32,000 nucleotides of DNA from Methanocaldococcus jannaschii DSM 2661 (GTDB lineage: Archaea; AGJL01; Methanococci; Methanococcales; Methanocaldococcaceae): contig NC_000909.1 in the NCBI RefSeq assembly GCF_000091665.1, positions 1,026,629-1,058,628 of the forward strand. The letters run 5' to 3'. This document shows, piece by piece, positions 28,577-32,000 of this stretch (the stretch's first letter is position 1; the number at the start of each line of letters is the position of its first letter). The position numbers and the translations under genes are program-made. The notes beneath the pieces are model-generated. The model was given only the letters and a program-made list of their open reading frames with translations, ran no database searches and was not told the origin of the DNA.

Positions 28577-28585
28577 AATTAACCC

Positions 28586-29164
28586 TTATTCATTTTCCTC
28601 ATTTTTTACTGACTTTTCTAATGCTTTTTCTAATTTTTCTGTAGCTATTCTAATGCCTTCTTCAATTTCTTCTGAGAATATATGTCCTATATTTATAAGC
28701 ACAGTAACTGCCCATAAAACTAATATTATAAGCACTATTCCAGCCAATACTGGAGTTATTCCTGAAATTACAGGCAAGAAGAATAAATAAGCTATTATAG
28801 CAACGATTAAGTATGCTAATCCTCTTAAGCCCCTTCTGTATTTTTTAAGTTTTTCTTCATTTACCCTACTTCCTGCTAATTTTACAGCAATTATATCTGC
28901 TATTCCATCCATTAACTCCCCAAAGTCTTTAGTAACTCTTAGCAAGACAATAATTAAAGCTATGGTTATTATTGCTGAGATTATTGGCTTTAAAGCAGTT
29001 AATCCAAATAAATATGGATTTCCAAGCATATCAGCAATTGGAATAAACACTAAAATGCCAAATACCCAAATTAAACCTGCAACTACTAAATTGATTATTA
29101 TTTGAGGAATGTTTTCTTTCAACTTCAATATCCCCTCTTTATATACTTTCTCAACTATGTCCAT
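28586..29164 (-). CDS. Membrane protein (192 aa, about 4 TM, acidic C-terminal helix), unknown function
   Basis: ORF with coherent hydrophobic periodicity and an EKLEKALEKSVKNEENE tail. Confidence 0.6.
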   Translation of the reverse strand: MDIVEKVYKEGILKLKENIPQIIINLVVAGLIWVFGILVFIPIADMLGNPYLFGLTALKPIISAIITIALIIVLLRVTKDFGELMDGIADIIAVKLAGSRVNEEKLKKYRRGLRGLAYLIVAIIAYLFFLPVISGITPVLAGIVLIILVLWAVTVLINIGHIFSEEIEEGIRIATEKLEKALEKSVKNEENE

Positions 29165-29247
29165 AATATCACCATTATCCTACTTTTGTTCATTTCTTGT
29201 CAATAAATAAAAATATTAGAACTTCTATATATAACTTTCTATCAAAA

Positions 29248-30033
29248 TTAGCACATTTTTAATTTATTAGCTAAATTTACAATCTTTTTAGCCCTATCAA
29301 TATCAATCTCATTATTGGCTTTCCCATCTTTCTTTATCCATGTCCCAATTATAAAACCATCTGCATAGCTCCAGAGGATTCTTAGGTTGTTATAATTTGT
29401 TCCAGAACCAACAATAACTGGAACATCAACCAATTCCTTAGCTAATTTTAGCTTTTCAATATCAACCTCCTTTCCCGTTCTCTTACCGCTGATAATTACA
29501 GCATCAGCTAAACCTCTCTCAACGGTATCCAACAATGAGCTTTCAAAGTCTATAAAATGATATGCATGCTTTACATGAACATCTGCAAAAACCTTTATCT
29601 TACTTGGAAGCAACTTTTTTAGCTTGGCTAATTCATAAGCTTTGCCTTCGATAATCCCTTGGTCTGTAAATGCAACACCAGATAAGACATTAACTCTAAT
29701 AAAATCTGCTTTAACAACATAAGCTATGGAGTAAGCCCCTATAGCATCGTTTCTTAAGATATTTATTCCCAATGGGAGAGATACCTCCTCTTTTATAGCT
29801 TTTGCTATTACAGCCATTGATGCAATGGTTATCTTATCAGCCTCTTTTTTAAATGGAGCATCTCCAAAGTTTTCTATCATTACAGCATCAAATCCAGCTT
29901 CTTCAAGTTTTTTAGCTTCTTTTATAGCAAAATCTACAATATCATCAAAGTTGTCATTGTAATGATAACTACCAGGCAATGGTTTTAGATGAACCATCCC
30001 AATCAATGGTTTTTTCTTAAACATAGGTATCAC
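29248..30033 (-). CDS. BtpA/SgcQ-family TIM-barrel protein
   Basis: N-terminal PLIGMVHLKPLPGS motif typical of the BtpA family; 261 aa. Confidence 0.75.
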   Translation of the reverse strand: MIPMFKKKPLIGMVHLKPLPGSYHYNDNFDDIVDFAIKEAKKLEEAGFDAVMIENFGDAPFKKEADKITIASMAVIAKAIKEEVSLPLGINILRNDAIGAYSIAYVVKADFIRVNVLSGVAFTDQGIIEGKAYELAKLKKLLPSKIKVFADVHVKHAYHFIDFESSLLDTVERGLADAVIISGKRTGKEVDIEKLKLAKELVDVPVIVGSGTNYNNLRILWSYADGFIIGTWIKKDGKANNEIDIDRAKKIVNLANKLKMC

Positions 30034-30047
30034 ACTAGCTTATAATT

Positions 30048-31673
30048 TTAAAATTCACTAACAATCTTCCTCTTCAACATATCTAAAAACTCATTAATTC
30101 TCTTCTTTGAAAATCCATATTTCTTAGCAACCTTATAAATCATCTTCTCCCCACCACTTCCATACTGTGCGGCTTTCTTTGGTCTATAGGCAATATAATC
30201 TGGCAAATACTGGGAAGCAACATCCCTCAAAATCTTCTTTCTAACAGACCTTACGCACTTTATATTTAAATTGGTATTTTTGAGCCCATTTATGGGCTCA
30301 CTTTTCAATGAAATATTAGACTCTGCGTAAGGTCTGTTACTAAGTTCAGACATCTTATATTCAATAGGAATTGATAAAGCAATTTCAACAACCTCCTCAT
30401 CTAAGAAAGGAACTCTCAACTCAACACCATTAGCCATTGTACAGTGGTCATCTCTCTCTAAATTTACCTTATATAAATTATAAACATCCTTCAATAGCTC
30501 TTTTTTCAGCTCCTCCTCCCCTCTCTCCCTATAAATTCTCTCATGCCTTGCATAGCCTCCAAATAACTCATCAGCTCCTTGCCCAGATAGAACAACCTTT
30601 AATCCATCCTCATTTGCCATCTCTGAAGCTACATAGATAGGGATTCCAACTCCAATCTTCATTAAATCAACTTCATCTATTGCCTTAGCTACCTTAAACA
30701 CATACTCCTCATACTCCTCTTCTGAAATAATCTTCTTCCTTAGCTTTAAATTTAAATCTTTAGCCAATCTTTCAGCATAGATTAAATCTTCACTATTTTC
30801 AGTTCCAACGGCATACAATATAACTTCACAGTATAGAGATGCTAATTTAGCAATCAATGAGCTATCAACTCCTCCAGAGCATATAATTCCAACTTTGTCC
30901 AAACCCCTGACCCTCTTTAAAACAGAGTTTTTCAATGCTCTATCTAAATACTCCTTAGCCTCCTCATAACTCCTCTCTTTCATGTAATTTAACTCCAACT
31001 TTTTAAAGCCTTCAATAATTTCAAACCTATTATCATCTAAATAATAAATCAACTGTGAATTTGGCTTCAATGTTTTGATTTTGCTATTTAGCTCATCTAA
31101 ATCTCTCTCACAGCCATCGATATTTATAAGTAGATGCCACAACGCCTTTCTTTCAGAGGCAAAGGCAAAGTATTTATCCCTATCTACATAAAATAATGGC
31201 TTAACTCCAAACATATCCCTTGCCAACCTCACAACATTCTTAGATTTATCATATATGGCAAAGGCATAGTCTCCATCCAACTCTTCCAACTTCTCCTCTT
31301 CATATAGATGAATTATAACCTCATTATCACTGTCTGTCCTAAATTCATGATTTTGTTTTAGATATTCCCTCAACTCAATATAATTGTAAATCTCTCCATT
31401 ACAAACTAACCATATAGTTTCATCCTCATTTGGAATAGGTTGAACTCCATACCTCCCAACAATTGCCAATCTATTATGAGCCAAGCTTAAGTTTCCAATC
31501 ATCTCCTCCTCTAAATCCTCAACATCCTCAAAATCGTTAAAATATATAACTTCATCATCCAACAACAGCCCAGAGTTATCTCTCCCTCTGTGCTTTAAAA
31601 TCTTCATCATATCTATGGAGTATTTAGCAGATATTTGATTGTCTTTAACAATTATTCCACTTATAGAGCACAT
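30048..31673 (-). CDS. asnB: Asparagine synthetase (glutamine-hydrolysing)-like amidotransferase
   Basis: The N-terminus MCSISG supplies the Cys2 nucleophile required for Ntn amidotransferases, so the start is the ATG at 31673 rather than the track GTG at 31682. PP-loop SGGVDSS. Confidence 0.85.
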   Translation of the reverse strand: MCSISGIIVKDNQISAKYSIDMMKILKHRGRDNSGLLLDDEVIYFNDFEDVEDLEEEMIGNLSLAHNRLAIVGRYGVQPIPNEDETIWLVCNGEIYNYIELREYLKQNHEFRTDSDNEVIIHLYEEEKLEELDGDYAFAIYDKSKNVVRLARDMFGVKPLFYVDRDKYFAFASERKALWHLLINIDGCERDLDELNSKIKTLKPNSQLIYYLDDNRFEIIEGFKKLELNYMKERSYEEAKEYLDRALKNSVLKRVRGLDKVGIICSGGVDSSLIAKLASLYCEVILYAVGTENSEDLIYAERLAKDLNLKLRKKIISEEEYEEYVFKVAKAIDEVDLMKIGVGIPIYVASEMANEDGLKVVLSGQGADELFGGYARHERIYRERGEEELKKELLKDVYNLYKVNLERDDHCTMANGVELRVPFLDEEVVEIALSIPIEYKMSELSNRPYAESNISLKSEPINGLKNTNLNIKCVRSVRKKILRDVASQYLPDYIAYRPKKAAQYGSGGEKMIYKVAKKYGFSKKRINEFLDMLKRKIVSEF

Positions 31674-31818
31674 GTCTCTCACATTTTTAAATATACCTTA
31701 TTTTTTAATATTAGCTAACACAACTTAACATTTTATGCTAAATATTTGCAAAATTTTAATTTAAATATCTTAATAAAGATTAAATCAATTTATTATAAAT
31801 AACCTTAGAGGTTTTAAA

Positions 31819-32000
31819 ATGGATGCTCTAATTATGGCTGGTGGTAAAGGAACAAGAATGGGTGGAGTTGAAAAGCCGTTGATTAAGCTTTGTGGTAGAT
31901 GTCTTATAGATTATGTTGTCTCTCCCTTATTAAAATCAAAGGTAAATAATATATTTATCGCTACCTCTCCAAATACACCAAAGACAAAGGAATATATAAA
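31819..32000 (+). CDS. cobY: NTP-transferase, CobY-like (adenosylcobinamide-phosphate guanylyltransferase), 5' part only
   Basis: MDALIMAGGKGTRMGGVEKPLIKL nucleotidyltransferase N-terminus. AGAGGT SD. The ORF runs off the window. Confidence 0.65.
   Translation, partial: MDALIMAGGKGTRMGGVEKPLIKLCGRCLIDYVVSPLLKSKVNNIFIATSPNTPKTKEYI

Overview
AT-rich archaeal chromosomal window. Gene content, gene order and the CRISPR leader/repeat type match my recollection of Methanocaldococcus jannaschii (roughly MJ1087-MJ1117). That assignment is from memory, not from a search. All coordinates were derived by hand from the sequence and the ORF track.

Coding content is about 32 mostly housekeeping genes:
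- mvk 3' end, cbiMNQO cobalt ECF importer, a divergent NicO/RcnA-like permease, a NifB-like radical SAM protein, YcaO and TiaS.
- argC, lysA, mfnB, glmM, glmU, dut, relBE, thrB, trkA.
- pheT, pyrE, cca, a GT4 GlcNAc-1-P transferase, a BtpA-family protein, an asnB-like gene and the cobY 5' end.
- Several proteins of unknown function.

The non-coding and accessory content is more interesting:
1. Four copies of a GC-rich element family built from hairpins. Stem changes between copies are fully compensatory. Three copies are flanked by 15-38 bp duplications that regenerate the ends of neighbouring genes.
2. A complete tRNA-Arg(GCG) lies 1 nt after the stop codon of a double-motif LAGLIDADG-like ORF. 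A duplicated 5' fragment of the same tRNA, with a promoter-like TATA, lies upstream of that ORF.
3. Two CRISPR arrays of 14 repeats each sit behind about 410-bp near-identical leaders. No cas genes are in the window. The repeat variants differ and the array tails are hybrid.
4. A second repeat of about 70 nt carrying an 11-bp hairpin occurs in three copies.

None of the novelty claims could be checked against databases here.
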